NCBI GenBank assembly: GCA_903813345.2
Contig: CAIIXF020000001.1
Coordinates: 39,246,001 to 39,310,000, forward strand
Source: Owenia fusiformis
Taxonomy: Eukaryota
Length of the DNA stretch: 64,000 nt
Direction of reading: 5' to 3'
In this document: one piece after another, positions 53,201 to 64,000 of the stretch
Layout of the letters: each line of letters starts with the position of its first letter
How positions within the stretch are numbered: the first letter of the stretch is position 1
The notes under the pieces: generated by a model
The model's input: the letters and a program-made list of their open reading frames with translations, nothing else
Databases searched by the model: none
Told to the model about the DNA's origin: nothing
Position numbers and translations under genes: made by a program

Positions 53201-55403
53201 GAAGTTGAAGTTCTACAACTGAAAATAATCTTCAGGTCAGGACAAAAAAGTCAACATATTCACTTTGCATACAATTCTCAGTTTCAAAATTCTCTGCTAT
53301 AAATTAAGTGTTATTATAAACATACAAATGACAAACATGTTTTGTCTGAGGACTTTTATAATTCGTAAATGTTTAAGTGTTGAAAGTTGGCAAATTTATT
53401 TTTGTATATTTCATATAACAAATACATAAACATACCAGAGGCTAACAATTGGTTTATACATTCTAAGTAAATTAAATATATAATCTGTCTTCATTGTCAA
53501 GGATACTTAATCTCAGCTGAATCATTTTTTCACTTCCTAGATCTTTAGCTTGGTCTCATGCCGATTTTCTCAACAAGCTTATCAAGCTTAGGTTTAAAAC
53601 TTTGACATGTTCGAAAATTGTTGGACTCATAGAATGAGAATGAGGTAAATCTGCTTTGACATGGCGTAGAATAATGGAAATAACGTCACAACGCATGCGC
53701 GTAAATCGACATTTCATGGTCCAAAGATTTCAATGGAGAGCAGTCTTCATCAAAATTTAAAATCTTAATAACTTTTTAGCAAATAATTTATTTTCTTAGG
53801 ATTCAACGGATCCTTGTTAGACCCAACGAAGTGTTCATTTTGATATATAAAACAGCAAAATCCATCCACAGATCTTTCGGCCTTTTAATGATTTAATTTT
53901 CGGGATATTTTGCTAAAATCCCCCATTGGCCGCCATTATAGACTTTGAAAAACCCCAAATCCTCATCATTTCATATCATTCGTTAAGTGATCTAAACAAC
54001 TCCAATCGCTTAGGATTCAACGGATTCTAAGAGATCAAAGCTAATACAATATGTTGACAACCCCCGTTTCAATATTTGCCGCATAATCTTTCGGCCTTTT
54101 AGGTTATAAATTTGTCAATATTTTGATTTTCGACCATTAATGACGTACTTGGATCCAAGATTCATTGTCCCAGGATTCATGACGCTATTTCCATTATTCT
54201 ACGCCATGAGTAAACACCTGAGCACTTCAGGTGTGATGTTAAAACCTAGATTCAAAACAAATGTCAGGGCAAATCCATATACATTCTTTCAAGTCCCATA
54301 GAACCTTATTTCAGTATTTCATTATATTGGGCAGTCACATGCAATATAAAAGCAATAAGTCCGATCATAGGTAAAGAATGAAGACTTGATGGGATTTTCC
54401 CTAATGAGATCCCATGGAGTCCTCCAAGTCTTATAAGACACCTCATAGGGAAAAGTTCCATCTACATCGATCGAGTCTCAAATAATGTTAAGTCTATGGA
54501 TGGATACCCTTTGCATTTGTTGGACTTCACTTCTTAAAAGAGAGCTATGAGTTTGATTTACAATAAATCTCTGAACTCACTAAGCCAATCAGAGTTTGTC
54601 ATCCAAATACAGACGACTCTTTCTATGTGATAATTTCCTCTGACATCATTGAAGGTTACTGATCAAGCATTTAAGCATGTGATTCTTCCAGTTCACTGAT
54701 TGGTTGAGAAAAGTTCATTGCAGTAGGTTTGAAATGATTTAAAACTGGCTGCCATGGGCACCGCTTCTAGAGGCGGGGCTGGTAAACTAGTCTATAATAG
54801 GCAGAGGGTAGTTTATAACTAGACTCTGCGCACAGGTTATATATGGAGGTTAAGAACTTAGGATTGCATGAGTTTAGCTGTCCCTTCATACAAGGATGGA
54901 ATCCCTGGAGAGACTGACTAGCCTAGGTAATTCCGGGGGTAATTCACAGTTCGCAATCACCAGCCATGGAAAGGAATGATTATTTAGCCAACCATGACTA
55001 CATTTGAGTAAATGACATATCACTGAAGAGTAGAAATGTGGCTTCATGGTACATTGAATGAAATCAATGCAGTCATCACTGGCTTTGGTTTTACGCTTTA
55101 TTTGTTTGTTCCGCAGATGTATAATACAAGATGAAGTTGTTGACAAATATTCGAGTGTCAAAAGTACACTATGTGTTGTCAACAAAAATTGACGTGATTA
55201 AATTACATAACAGACCCTGGAGGTATGAACAGTCTCCTGCAGATTTCAGTAAAAAACACAAGGCCAAAACAATGAAAAAATTCAATGCCAATCTTTGAAC
55301 TAGAGAAACCCATATATTTCATATATCCGCAAACCCCTACACTTACCTCTGGTCTACTTTTGTTATAGTGATTGAAGTGGTTGAAATGGTTGTGGTTATT
55401 CAT
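26249..55403 (-). CDS. FBXL20: F-box/LRR-repeat protein FBXL20/FBXL2-like, 444 aa (458 with the optional 42-nt exon), C-terminal CaaX
   Basis: Exons (minus): 55403-55347 (MNNHN..KSRPE), [48712-48671], 43048-42978 (..INKRLPKELLLR), 42706-42652 (IFSYLDVVTLCRCAQVSK), 42084-42010 (YWNLLALDGSNWQKIDLFDFQTDVE), 40390-40296 (GPVVENIAKRCGGFLKSLSLRGC), 37696-37628, 35707-35612, 34382-34256, 33465-33391, 33040-32910, 32460-32400, 28796-28752, 27842-27786, 27000-26788, 26356-26249 (..KVHAYFAPVTPPPSV..RQRYCRCCIII*). All GT-AG with compatible phases. Probably co-orthologous to vertebrate FBXL2 and FBXL20. The first exon is less certain than the rest. Confidence 0.95.
28936..32030. mobile_element. 3.1-kb foldback transposon with very long inverted arms built from ~180-bp tandem units
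   Basis: TA|ggccatcagc..cggtatcaaattaggggaataatcgccatagtg.. mirrored by ..cactatggcgattattcccctgatttgataccg..gctgatggcc|TA. The unit motif tccaagatggccaccaaaa repeats on + (29240-30600) and inverted (31070-31710). Confidence 0.9.
29618..29995. mobile_element. hAT-like MITE nested in the foldback
   Basis: TIR cagggttctca / tgagaaccctg. Flanks actat / actaa. Repeated cggagtctaa subterminal motif. Confidence 0.8.
32465..32740. repeat. 51-bp tandem repeat abutting a splice acceptor
   Basis: acaattgtaacatgtcacaatacattatagcagaacagcttgaaatgtgaa, about 5 copies. Confidence 0.9.
33202..33382. mobile_element. MITE with TAA TSD (PIF/Harbinger- or Zator-like)
   Basis: taa|gggatgatgtccaattatcaa ... ttgataagtgaacatcatccc|taa. 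Confidence 0.75.
34404..34767. repeat. 33-bp minisatellite (cttaatgcaaacagcagcatgttgtattgaggg), about 11 copies
   Basis: Read directly. Explains three overlapping 11-aa-periodic ORFs. Confidence 0.95.
34940..35010 (-). mobile_element. Degraded tRNA-SINE head related to 15841-16160
   Basis: ctgaaccggg....ccactga.c.a..cgggtgg.c pattern shared with 16081-16159. Confidence 0.5.
45711..45845 (+). pseudogene. RecQ-type helicase N-terminal fragment (transposon-derived)
   Basis: MKMEILFEKIFGKFRLIMNSLKPYQKEAIEAITEGRDVFVS*KTG: a Q motif leading into Walker A (motif I) of SF2/RecQ helicases, with one in-frame stop and then truncation. Confidence 0.75.
45900..46301. mobile_element. Non-autonomous element, CG..CG ends, perfect 10-bp TSD (AcademH-like)
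   Basis: TIR cgaactcccgtgcagtg / cactgcatgggagttcg. TSD agcgcgtcag at 45890-45899 and 46302-46311. Subterminal hairpins at both ends. Confidence 0.85.
46439..48314. mobile_element. TIR element with 7-bp TSD and tcccgcg subterminal repeats (hAT/P-like)
   Basis: cagagctgtcaa / ttgacagtactg. TSD tacaacc at 46432-46438 and 48315-48321. Confidence 0.85.
46851..47753. mobile_element. Nested palindromic element with ~340-bp arms and 8-bp TSD
   Basis: agggtttgtagaaaaaaccgggtacc / ggtacccggttttttctacaaaccct. TSD atctagaa at 46843-46850 and 47754-47761. Confidence 0.85.
50671..51037. mobile_element. Degenerate MITE (inverted arms)
   Basis: ataacgctaggaggaaaagctgttaaaaatggtgcca / tggccccattttcaatagcttttactcctagcattat. 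Confidence 0.55.
51520..53130. repeat. 21-bp minisatellite (tttcatattggttcagtgatg) with higher-order blocks
   Basis: 1.6 kb of tandem units in the FBXL20 first-intron region. A 112-bp higher-order repeat is visible from ~52660 to 52990. Confidence 0.95.
53660..54208. mobile_element. MITE with 29-bp TIRs, no evident TSD
   Basis: catggcgtagaataatggaaataacgtca / tgacgctatttccattattctacgccatg. Internal direct repeat cttaggattcaacggat. Confidence 0.75.
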
Positions 55404-55499
55404 CTTTCCATCGTATTATGGAGCGTTTAGAGAAGGTTTTCATCGCAAATTCACACTTGCAAATAAAAAATAAAAACAAGAATGTCCGACTATAATAAT

Positions 55500-55900
55500 T
55501 TGTTACGAAACTCCTGATTGGTTAGAAAACTGTATGCCAAAACGAGGCAAATCTAATTAAAGGTCCAGAAAGTAAACAATTAAGCACGTGGTCAATGTTG
55601 TTAATAACAATTAATGGTATTGTAAGGTCAATTGTCATAAAATATAACAGTTCCTGATTCATACAACATAACAAATCGTTTGCATTTAGTATTGGCAATT
55701 ACTCATCGATGTTTTACCATCCAATCAGCTTCAGTCACACAACTGCAAGCACTGAAAAGAAGTTGACCTGATTATAATTGACCTTATAACGTGACGTCAC
55801 TTGATGCAATAAATTACTCGATGGATACACCCCGGGGATACACCCGTCGCAATCAACGATCAGGGGGGGGGCGGGGTTAGAGCTAGTAGGGTTAGAGCTA
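55500..55900 (-). promoter_or_regulatory. Candidate FBXL20 promoter
   Basis: Upstream of the proposed first exon: CCAAT boxes (ctgattgg ~55514, ccaatcag 55721), E-box cacgtg ~55585, full CRE tgacgtca 55792-55799, GC box ggggcgggg ~55868. Confidence 0.4.
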
Positions 55901-56955
55901 GTAGGATGGGTAGACAGCTCCCGGGTAGACATCAACGGGACATAGGGTGTATCGATTTGACATGGAATGTGTTCCATTGACAGGATATCAATAGAAGCCA
56001 TTGGTTTCCATTGATTTATGCCAAAAATTCACTATGACCATACCCTTTGCATTCGTTTGACTTCATTTTTTAAGAGAGCTTCGTCTTTGTAGTTTAGACT
56101 CTGCACGCACGGTACTATGACCACTGGCGGGTCTAGAGAGGATCCAGGGGGGGGGGCATACCCCCACCCTTTTATGGGCCCAGAGACATTTTTAGAATCC
56201 CAAAATTTTGTACCTCAAAAATTTTGTAGGGGCTCAAATAACTCAAAATTTGGTCCCCCTTGTTGATTTATGGAAGGACCAGTGATGACCTGAATCGATT
56301 GCAAATTAGATTATTTCACAATATGACATAAATGGTACATCTCATCAAATGTGAAAATATGAAGTTTGCAATCGACTCAGGACATACTTAAATTGAAAGA
56401 TTGTACATTTTTTCATACTTTTTTTCCTATAAAATGACTTTATTTAAAATCCTTGAAATACTTCCATGGTTACATTGTACATTTTTACTATATTTCATTA
56501 AACTTACTGCCCCAACTCTGACCCCCTGTCGCCAAAGTAACCATAATAGGTACCGGTAAGTTCGGCATTATCTGATTATTTTGTAATCAAACTCTTTATA
56601 CATACCGGATTCCTCTGATTCTACATTTCAACAAGAGTACCAATCAAAGGTGGTAACAGAATAGATTTTGGTATAAAACACTACTATATCAAATGCGACA
56701 TGGTAATTTAAGAGTTGTTTTAATGAGACGGGGGATGATCATCGTGAGACTAGATTACATCCTTCTATCGGTTTCCTTCAAGAAATTCCTTCTTTGCAAG
56801 GCAGAGATGGTCTGAGCATCAGAATGGAGAGTGACACAATTTACTAAAGCATATGAAGAATTCCACACACTTTTCTTTTTTACTAATAAGCTGCTAAATC
56901 ACAAACATAAAGCAATCATTCTTCCATAGAACTCAGTTCTGCTCCAATACGAAAT

Positions 56956-58520
56956 TAGGGAGTTTACGCTTGCAATGTTTTTCACAACCTAAAGGTACGT
57001 TCACACCAACGGCGAATGCCACGCTTTAAATCGGCGAGCAAAGCGCCGTCATTTTTGTCATTTTTCTTCATACCAACGGCGCTTTGATGGCGCTTTAAAG
57101 CGGCTTGTAAAGCGGCACCAAAGCGTAACAAAGTTTGATTAAAGCGTCGGGGTCGTAATAGGTCGTAGAAAAGCTCAGAGTAAAACGGGATATTCGGCAA
57201 GAGCGCCAAAAAATTTTAAACTCTTAAAAAATTTTGGGCGCTCTGTTACGAATCGATTAAGCGCCGAGAGCGTATCAAAGCTTAACAAACCGTAACAAAG
57301 CTCAGAAAAACTTGATCCAAAGCGTAGGAAAGCTTAACATAGCTCTAAAAGGTTCCTCACGCTTTGATCCCGCTTTGATCAGGCTTTGTTACGCTTGAAA
57401 TCACGCTTTGAAAAGCTTTGATAAGCATTATTACGCTTTGATGCGATTATGACGATTTAAATCAGGCTCTGATACGATTGCAAAACTCTGTTGTGCATTG
57501 TTACGCTCTGTTAAGCTCTGTCACGCATTGGAAAATGTCGAGATCGCCGATTCCATGCCGCTTTTGATCCAATGACTATATAAAGATGCAGTAGATCCAT
57601 AAAACCATTGCATCTTTGACTCGAGAACACGATGGCAGAACAACGAGATCCAGAAATTCCAGATGGACCAGAGCATGACCTATCTGAAGAAGACATGACG
57701 TTTGTCGCACGGCGTGATATAGCGTGTGAAAACTTTCAAGCGTAACAAAGCCTAGCAAAGCGTTTCAATCCTTGATTAAAGCGTCTCAATTCGTTGGAAA
57801 GCTTGAGAGTCCCTCAGGAAAGTGTAACAAAGAGTGTCAGATATTGATGAAAGCGTCTGACCTCGTGTCAGATCTTCATGCCAGATCGTAGCAAATCTTG
57901 AGACATCTTAACGAAGCGTGTCAAGTGGTAACAGACCGTGAATAGACTGGGGTCCCCGCTTTGAACCAAGCTGTGTTAAGCTTTCCTACGCTTTGAGTCA
58001 AGCTTTGTTGAGCTTTGTTACGGTTTGTTAAGCTTTGATACGCTCTCGGCGCTTCAATCAATTCGTAACAGAGCGCCCAAAATTTTTGAACAGTTTAACA
58101 TTTTTTGGCGCTCTTGCCGAATATCCCGCTTTACTCCGAACTTTTCTACGACCTATTACGATCCCGACGCTTTAATCAAGCTTTGTTACGCTTTGGTGCC
58201 GCTTTACAATCCGCTTTAAAGCGCCATCAAAGCGCCGTTGGTGCGAACGCTTAAACAGTTTAAATTTTTTAGCGCTCTTGCCGAATATCCCGCTTTACTC
58301 CCGAGCTTTTCTACGACCTATTACGACCCCGACGTTTTAATTAAGCTTTGTTACGCTTTGGTGCCGCTTTACAAGCCGCTTTAAAGCGCCATCAAAGCGC
58401 CGTTGGTGTGAACGTACCATAAACGTGAACGGGAAATATTTAAGCGATGTATTTGTATGGGTGATTGGTCATACGGATAGGTTGGCGTTTCGATTTTATA
58501 TATGCAAATTAAACTCCCTA
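56956..58520. mobile_element. Short MITE (tagggagttta / taaactcccta) split by a Harbinger-like insertion
   Basis: Terminal inverted 11-mers. The sequence reads continuously (..cacaacctaaacgtgaacgggaa..) once 56993-58419 and one TAA are removed. Confidence 0.6.
56993..58419. mobile_element. PIF/Harbinger-like non-autonomous element
   Basis: TIR ggtacgttcacaccaacggcg / cgccgttggtgtgaacgtacc, with TAA on both sides. Long inner inverted arms (57073-57340 vs 57975-58245, duplicated at 58255-58410). Confidence 0.85.
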
Positions 58521-60579
58521 TTATTGGAAAAGGACGCAAACGTAAGTTACAAATACTCAAATATCCGAGATAGTCAAAAATTTAAAATATTAATTTGAAA
58601 AAATATGTCTTGGCAACCAGCTTCTGCCATTTCAAAGGACATGTCTCGGTTTGGAGAGCAGTCTAACTTACTGAGCTAATGATTTTTTGCATGAAAAATA
58701 TAGAAATAAAACCCAAATTAAATTATGAATATTCAAAAGAAGACGTTTAAATCTACAATTTGTAAAAATATCAAAATTGTCCGAACGTGTAGTATTCAAG
58801 AAAAGACTCGGTTTGGACAACGATGTTCATCAGTCTACTGCGCTAATATTTTTTTGAAAAATATAGAAATAACACCCAAATAAAATTATGGAAATTCAAA
58901 AGAGGACATAAAAATCTACAACTGCAATAAATGCTGACAATGTCAACCAGTTCAAGGCGCAAATTAACAAACACAGAACCTAAAGTACCACTACAACGAG
59001 ATGACAGCCCCTTTAACCCATGTCCAGTGCACTTTCAAGAAAACAATTCCCCCCCCCCCCTTTCCCACTTACTAAGACCTTACATATAACAAGATCTGGA
59101 TAATATAGGATCCTTCCTTCTTCCAGAAGAAATGGTATACATTTATACAGGTATAATAGTACTAAGTAAAAATATCAAAATTGTCCAAAGCAGGCGTAAC
59201 GTGCAGTAGACTCATCATGATAAACCATGCCATCCCATTTCTTCTCAACCCTGAGATGTTCCAGGTGAAACAGAAAGATGCCATGAGTATCAGAATGCAG
59301 TAGACTGATGAACTTCGTTCACCAAACCGAGACTAGTCTTTTCTCCTTTATAGCGACATGCTAATGCTGAAGCTAAAGGGACCATATAGGATAGAGGAGA
59401 GACATGTTATATTTGAGCTCTTGGGACATACTTTGTATTGCATACGTATTGTGAAGATCCAAGTGTTCTTGGTTACCCAAGTATTGTTTTGGTTCATATC
59501 GCAATCGCAACCAAAAAAGGTTCATATATGACATTAAACGTGCTTCAAATAGGGATGTGGTAATTTGTAATCCCCATAAAACCTTCTTAAGGCATTTTAG
59601 AAGAGTTTCCTTGGAGTATCTACCCTCAACGTCCTCATTTCAGAACTCAATATCCATCTTATCTTCGACAATAGCACCTGTATTTTCGGTCACATTCAGG
59701 CCAGGGCCGTTTCCAGGATAATGAAATGAACTATATTTTTGGCAAAACACTAAATTTTGAAATGCCTGTAACTTTTTACCATTTGTGAGTTGAATCATGA
59801 TACTTGGCAAATCAATGTAACTTTGGATGAGCTTTAAAATGATATATGACACATGCTATGGAGACATTGGTATGTTTTCCTAGGGGGAGGAGCATGCTCT
59901 CGTGACACCCTGTATGGTACAATTTATAGTTAATAAAATGTTTTAAAGTGTATTGGTATTTTTGGGATGAAAAACAAGCGAAATGCATGAAAAAACTCCC
60001 CCGGTTCATTCTACAAACAACACCCACTCCTTTTCATTTTTTGGGCCAGCGTTTTTACCAGCAAAATTATTTTGTGGCTTTCTTGTGATTTAGACCTGCA
60101 TAAATAAGTGAACTCAGAACACCACTTGGGTTATCAGAATAGTTGGGAAAGATTCTTTGATACAGCAGAACAGTTGGGCTTCCACATTGATTGTGCTGAA
60201 TGAGTTGTGCTAGTTAAAATAGATCAATCATGTCAGTTTATCGTTCAAGTCCAGTCGTTTTTCCAAATGATTTTGGCTGACTAGTAATAGATGGCGAAGA
60301 AATCAATGGGTTTAATTTTCACAATGTGGAACAAAGAAGAACAACAGACCAGTGGCAATAAATGAATTGCAATCTTTACGAGTCATCATCGCCAAAATTA
60401 TTATATTATTCTATGCTCATTTTCTGTTCAGACGCACGGTAAGAGGCTGATTTTAAGGATTGCTTTCTTTGCGATGTCATCTCAAAACGTTTACATGGTT
60501 GTGTTGCAAGACTTGGTTGTATGTACGGAAATGTTCTAAGTCAATGGAGAGGTTAAGCAAAACGATTTTTATGACGTGA

Positions 60580-63500
60580 ACCGCAAACGTAAACCTTTAC
60601 GTTCCCGTTTACATACCATGAACAAAAGTGCTTTAGGCTGAGCACGTAACGTAAACGTAAACCTCAAAATGTTTTTTACCTTTTTCTTAGCGGCCTTTTG
60701 TTTTATTATCTACTTTTTGGCCTATTTAAAAATATATAAAAATATTACTTTTATTGACAAATTGATGGAAGTGTTTAACAGAAGAGATGTTTCACAGCCT
60801 GGCAGTGTTTTATGATATCTTGGCTATTACAACAATACAACATGTTGTCTCCATGCTGTTTTATTTAAATGTTGAACACAATATGTACAGTAGAAATAAT
60901 TAAGATGATTTGAGATGTGGGAATTGCCATGTATGTAATTTCATCAGATTTTACAAATAATATGGGTGCCTCAATATTCAAGTTATAATTGATTAGATTG
61001 GACATAAATGATCTCGATATGTCCAGATTTGTGTCAAACATATTCATGCATTCGACCTATATCATATTTATCTCGATCGAACTTGATAAAGTACTAAAAA
61101 TCCTTTACGGAACGACCTACCTAAACTTTGATTTTTCACGTTTGGATGTACGTAAACCGGGAAATTAAAGTAGAACAATATGTGTAAAAACCTGTGTGCG
61201 CCTTCCCGTTCGCGGTTTACGTTGTAAAAAGGATTGTGCCTACGATTCTGTTACAATATACTTTTGATTGTGCTGAGCCTTTGTCCGTCTCGAGCATTTT
61301 CTCTTAAGATGTAACCTCCAGTTTCTTACTAAGTTACTGAGTTCATTTTTTAAATACGCACTATTTTCCTGGATAATTTTGTAATAATAACGTCATGTTG
61401 GTGGCGTACCTTAGAAGTGTAGCCCATCTCAGTTAAGAAAAAATACTCACAGATTTGACCATACCGTGCGCCTATTCATTATTAGCAATTTGTAAACTTC
61501 ATCGTTAAAAAAATTAATCTTCGCAACCCCCCCCCCTCTGTTTATTCTTCCGATCACAGGACATGGTTCAAGAACTATTATACTATTCTACAAATCACAC
61601 GCATTTGCCACTTTTGGCAAATTGCTAGGCCAGTACACAAAGTATAATTGTATAATGAAACATCGATTGAAAAATATATTTTGGGGTCTTGACATTCTTA
61701 CGAAAATAGCTTATGCACGATGTTATAGCATGACGGTTACGACACCTCTGAAAACGAGATTAGACGACTACGATCACTGATTTATCCAATCGAAAATGGC
61801 CGCGATGGAACAGAAAACTAAGGTTGGTGCATTATTTTCTTCTACTGTGTTTCAATGAAAGGATGGACGATTTTTGTAGGCATCGCATTCGGTGATGCAC
61901 TTAGTAATGTATATTTTGAACGTATTCCTTTGCAAATTGATGCCCGGGGAAACCATGAAATAAGCGAAAAACCGCTGAGTTTGAAATTCAAAACTACACA
62001 AAATTTAGTAATTTGTTTATTTTTGTCGTTAGGGCATGGTCTACATTGCCTAACGACCTCGGAGTATATAGATGTAACCTACATACGATCATAAAAGCCA
62101 ATTGAGCATTGGAAACCACATAATATGTTCTACTTAAGCCATAATATTGTATTTTTAATTTGCGGTTACGCAAAAATTGATTGACGGTTACGCGAACCTC
62201 GTTCAAATATGTATCCAAGATTCATTGTTATTAATTTTGTCATATTCATCAGTACTTGATGCTAATTCTTCTTTTGCCTCTTCATTGCTATCTTTTTGAC
62301 TTGAATTGGTTTCATAAATAAAGCAAGACACAATTTTTCCTTGCCCTATAGAGGCTCAAACAAGAGCGTCTCATTATAACAATAACACGGAAAGAGGCTA
62401 TCAGAACTAGCAACCTTAACTTGAAAGATGTACATGCACGTAACCGTCCGATAAATATCCAATGTACATCTAATACAATACGTTACCGTCTATAGAATCT
62501 AACCGTCTAACGACATTGCGTTTGAAACCTTATTATTTACAATATGACCGCAAACGTAAACCTTTACGTTCCCGTTTACGTACCATGAACAAAAGTGCTT
62601 TAAGCTGAGCACTTTAGACGTAACGTAAACGTAAACCTCAAAATGTTTTTTACCTTTTTCTTAGTGGCCTTTTGTTTTATTTTCTACTTTTTGGCCTATT
62701 TAAAAATATATAAAAATATTACTTTATCGACAAATTGATGGAAGTGTTTAACAGAAGAGATGTTTCACAGCCTGGCAGTGTTTTATGATATCTTGGCTAT
62801 TACAACAATACAACATGTTGTCTCCATGCTGTTTTATTTAATTGTTGAACACAATATGTACAGTAGAATTAAGATGATTTGAGATGTGGGAATTGCCATG
62901 TATGTAATCTCATCAGATTTTACAAATAATATGGGTGCCTCAATATTCAAGTTATAATTGATTAGATTGGACATAAATGATCTCGATATGTCCACAGATT
63001 TGTGTCAAACATATTCATGCATTCGACCTATATCATATTTATCTCGATCGAACTTGATAAAGTACTAAAAATCCTTTACGGAACGACCTACCTAAACTTT
63101 GATTTTTCACGTTTGGATGTACGTAAACCGGGAAATTAAAGTAGAACAATATGTGTAAAAACCTGTGTGCGCCTTCCCGTTCGCGGTTTACGTTGTAAAA
63201 AGTATTGTGCCTACGATTCTGTTACAATATACTTTTGATTGTGCTGAGCCTTTGTCCGTCTCGAGCATTTTCTCTTAAGATGTAACCTCCAGTTTCTTAC
63301 TAAGTTACTGAGTTCATTTTTTAAATACGCACTATTTTCCTAGATAATTTTGTAATAATAACGTCATGTTGGTGGCGTACCTTAGAAGTGTAGCCCATCT
63401 CAGTTAAGAAAAAATACTCACAGATTTGACCATACCGTACGCCTATTCATTATTAGCAATTTGTAAACTTCATCGTTAAAAAAATTAATCTTCGCAACCC

Positions 63501-64000
63501 CCCCTCTGTTTATTTTTCCGATCACAGGACATGGTTCAAGAACTATTATACTATTCTACAAATCACACGCATTTGCCACTTTTGGCAAATTGCTAGGCCA
63601 GTACAGAAAGTATAATTGTATAATGAAACATCGATTGAAAAATATATTTTGGGGTCTTGACATTCTTACGAAAATAGCTTATGCACGATGTTATAGCATG
63701 ACGGTTACGACACCTCTGAAAACGAGATTAGACGACTACGATCACTGATTTATCCAATCGAAAATGGCCGCGATGGAACAGAAAACTAAGGTTGGTGCAT
63801 TATTTTCTTATACTGTGTTTCAATGAAAGGATGGACGATTTTTGTAGGCATCGCATTCGGTGATGCACTTAGTAATGTATATTTTGAGCGCATTCCTTTG
63901 CAAATTGATGCCCGAGGATAACATGAAATAAGCGAAAAACCGCTGAGTTTGAAATTCAAAACTACACAAAATTTAGTAATTTGTTTATTTTTGTCGTTAG
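60580..64000. repeat. Near-identical tandem duplication, period ~1.97 kb
   Basis: accgcaaacgtaaacctttacgttcccgtttac at 60580 and 62547. The copies align through to the window end (62031 corresponds to 64000) with only scattered substitutions and short indels. Confidence 0.95.

Noticed and set aside
60580..64000. LTR pair of a retrotransposon
   Set aside because: No TG..CA ends, PBS, PPT or internal coding region. The spacing fits a tandem duplication.

Overview
AT-rich, intron-rich animal genomic DNA, probably a marine invertebrate (inferred from the repeat families, not proven). Three spliced genes can be built by hand with consistent GT-AG junctions and phases. They are the 5' part of an SLC18B1-like MFS transporter (minus, running off the left edge), a complete 4-exon acireductone dioxygenase ADI1 (plus, 179 aa) and a complete FBXL20/FBXL2-like F-box/LRR gene (minus, about 29 kb, ending in a CaaX box). 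The rest is dense with non-autonomous mobile DNA, much of it nested and datable by target-site duplications (TSDs). Main examples are a 1.29-kb element with perfect 49-bp CACGGTG-initiated TIRs and a 5-bp TSD (Transib/RAG-like signature), and several YR..YR elements with 9-10-bp TSDs plus a RecQ-helicase remnant (AcademH-like). There are also hAT-, Harbinger- and Tc1-like MITEs, a Helentron-type element, a tRNA/Meta-domain SINE, an internally deleted LINE with TSD, minisatellites and a ~1.97-kb tandem duplication at the right edge. No intact transposase, RNA gene or CRISPR array is present. Most ORFs in the supplied track are repeat artefacts. Superfamily names rest on terminal and TSD signatures only.
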